Shown piece by piece: positions 63,612 through 64,000 of a stretch of 64,000 nt of DNA. Where the stretch lies: positions 3,781-67,780 of the forward strand of contig CAZHNE010000001.1 in the NCBI GenBank assembly GCA_964533775.1. Reading direction: 5' to 3'. The stretch comes from an uncultured Spirochaetaceae bacterium. GTDB taxonomy: Bacteria; Spirochaetota; Spirochaetia; Sphaerochaetales; Sphaerochaetaceae. Both the position numbers and the translations under genes were made by a program. Positions within the stretch are counted from its first letter, which is position 1. The number at the start of each line of letters is the position of its first letter. Below the pieces are notes generated by a model. It was not told where the DNA came from, searched no databases, and saw nothing but the letters and a program-made list of their open reading frames with translations.

Positions 63612-64000
63612 TTATAGTTGTTTTAGTTTTTCTAATAAGGTTGTCATATCGCTAGTAGTGATATTTAGGTTTGTAACAAGACGAACGTAACTACCCTCTG
63701 TATTAGCTAAAATACCCATACGCTTAAGTTTAGCAACACTTTGCTCTGCTGTTAATTGTTTTTCATTGAAAAAGACAATATTAGTTTCATTTTTGCCATG
63801 AACTATAATGTTTTCATTGTTGTTTAATGTTTTTACAATATCTCTAGCTCTTTGATGGTCAATTTCTAATCTTTCAACATTGTTTTCTAGAGCATATATA
63901 CCGGCAGCTGCCATAAAGCCTACTTGCCTCATACCACTACCAAGCATTTTTCTAAATCTTAAAGCCTGGTTTATAAAATCTTTTGATCCACATAGCATAG
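63612..64000 (-). CDS. ltaE: Low-specificity threonine aldolase, C-terminal part (5' end outside window)
   Basis: RFRKMLGSGMRQVGFMAAAGIYALENNVERLEIDH matches E. coli LtaE as I recall it. The frame is open to the window edge. Confidence 0.75.
   Translation of the reverse strand, partial: MLCGSKDFINQALRFRKMLGSGMRQVGFMAAAGIYALENNVERLEIDHQRARDIVKTLNNNENIIVHGKNETNIVFFNEKQLTAEQSVAKLKRMGILANTEGSYVRLVTNLNITTSDMTTLLEKLKQL

Noticed and set aside
1-64000. CRISPR arrays, tRNA or rRNA genes, IS elements, prophage or integrase genes
   Set aside because: I read through all intergenic regions longer than 60 bp. No regularly spaced repeats, cloverleaf-like sequences, rRNA-like conserved blocks or recombinase ORFs were found.

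Overview
AT-rich (roughly 30-33% GC by eye) chromosomal segment from a diderm bacterium. The type Vd patatin autotransporter, LolA-like/FtsX cluster, and periplasmic binding proteins with SPase-I-type rather than lipoprotein signals suggest a Fusobacteriota- or Spirochaetota-like organism; I cannot place it more precisely without a search. The window is densely packed with about 60 real genes, nearly all housekeeping or solute-uptake functions. These include: a MATE fragment; LacI + TRAP (dctPQM) + cytoplasmic glycerophosphodiesterase; Gfo/Idh/MocA oxidoreductase + glpK; cdaA-ybbR-acpS-truA-UDG-priA; transaldolase; def-fmt; a patatin/Omp85 autotransporter; a TIGR01212 radical SAM protein; two-subunit class I fumarate hydratase; an MFS transporter; a five-gene LolCDE-like/LolA-like/beta-barrel operon; dpaL; an orphan FtsX paralogue; nrdG and nrdD (the latter with a fused redoxin domain); aspartokinase; an orphan MalK-like ATPase; a TAXI-TRAP system; a NusG paralogue; galE; tctCBA + cytoplasmic sulfatase + AraR-like regulator; a YtrA-type ABC operon; a CMD-family protein; a BaiN-like flavoprotein; a DRGH nuclease; a CPBP protease; addB/addA; an unknown 448-aa protein; a PatB-like lyase; an EFR1-type ferredoxin; and a threonine aldolase fragment. 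I found no rRNA, tRNA, CRISPR array, transposase, integrase or recognisable defence island. Sigma70-like TTGACA-17-TATAAT promoters and clean intrinsic terminators are readable in many intergenic regions. The best candidates for undescribed biology are the TctCBA-sulfatase uptake/desulfation module, the Lol-like envelope operon with its displaced permease paralogue, the apparently leaderless NusG paralogue, the NrdD-redoxin fusion, a promoter-plus-terminator leader upstream of aspartokinase that is not an L-box, and the domain-less 448-aa protein. All functional calls rest on motif recognition by eye and need HMM or BLAST confirmation.
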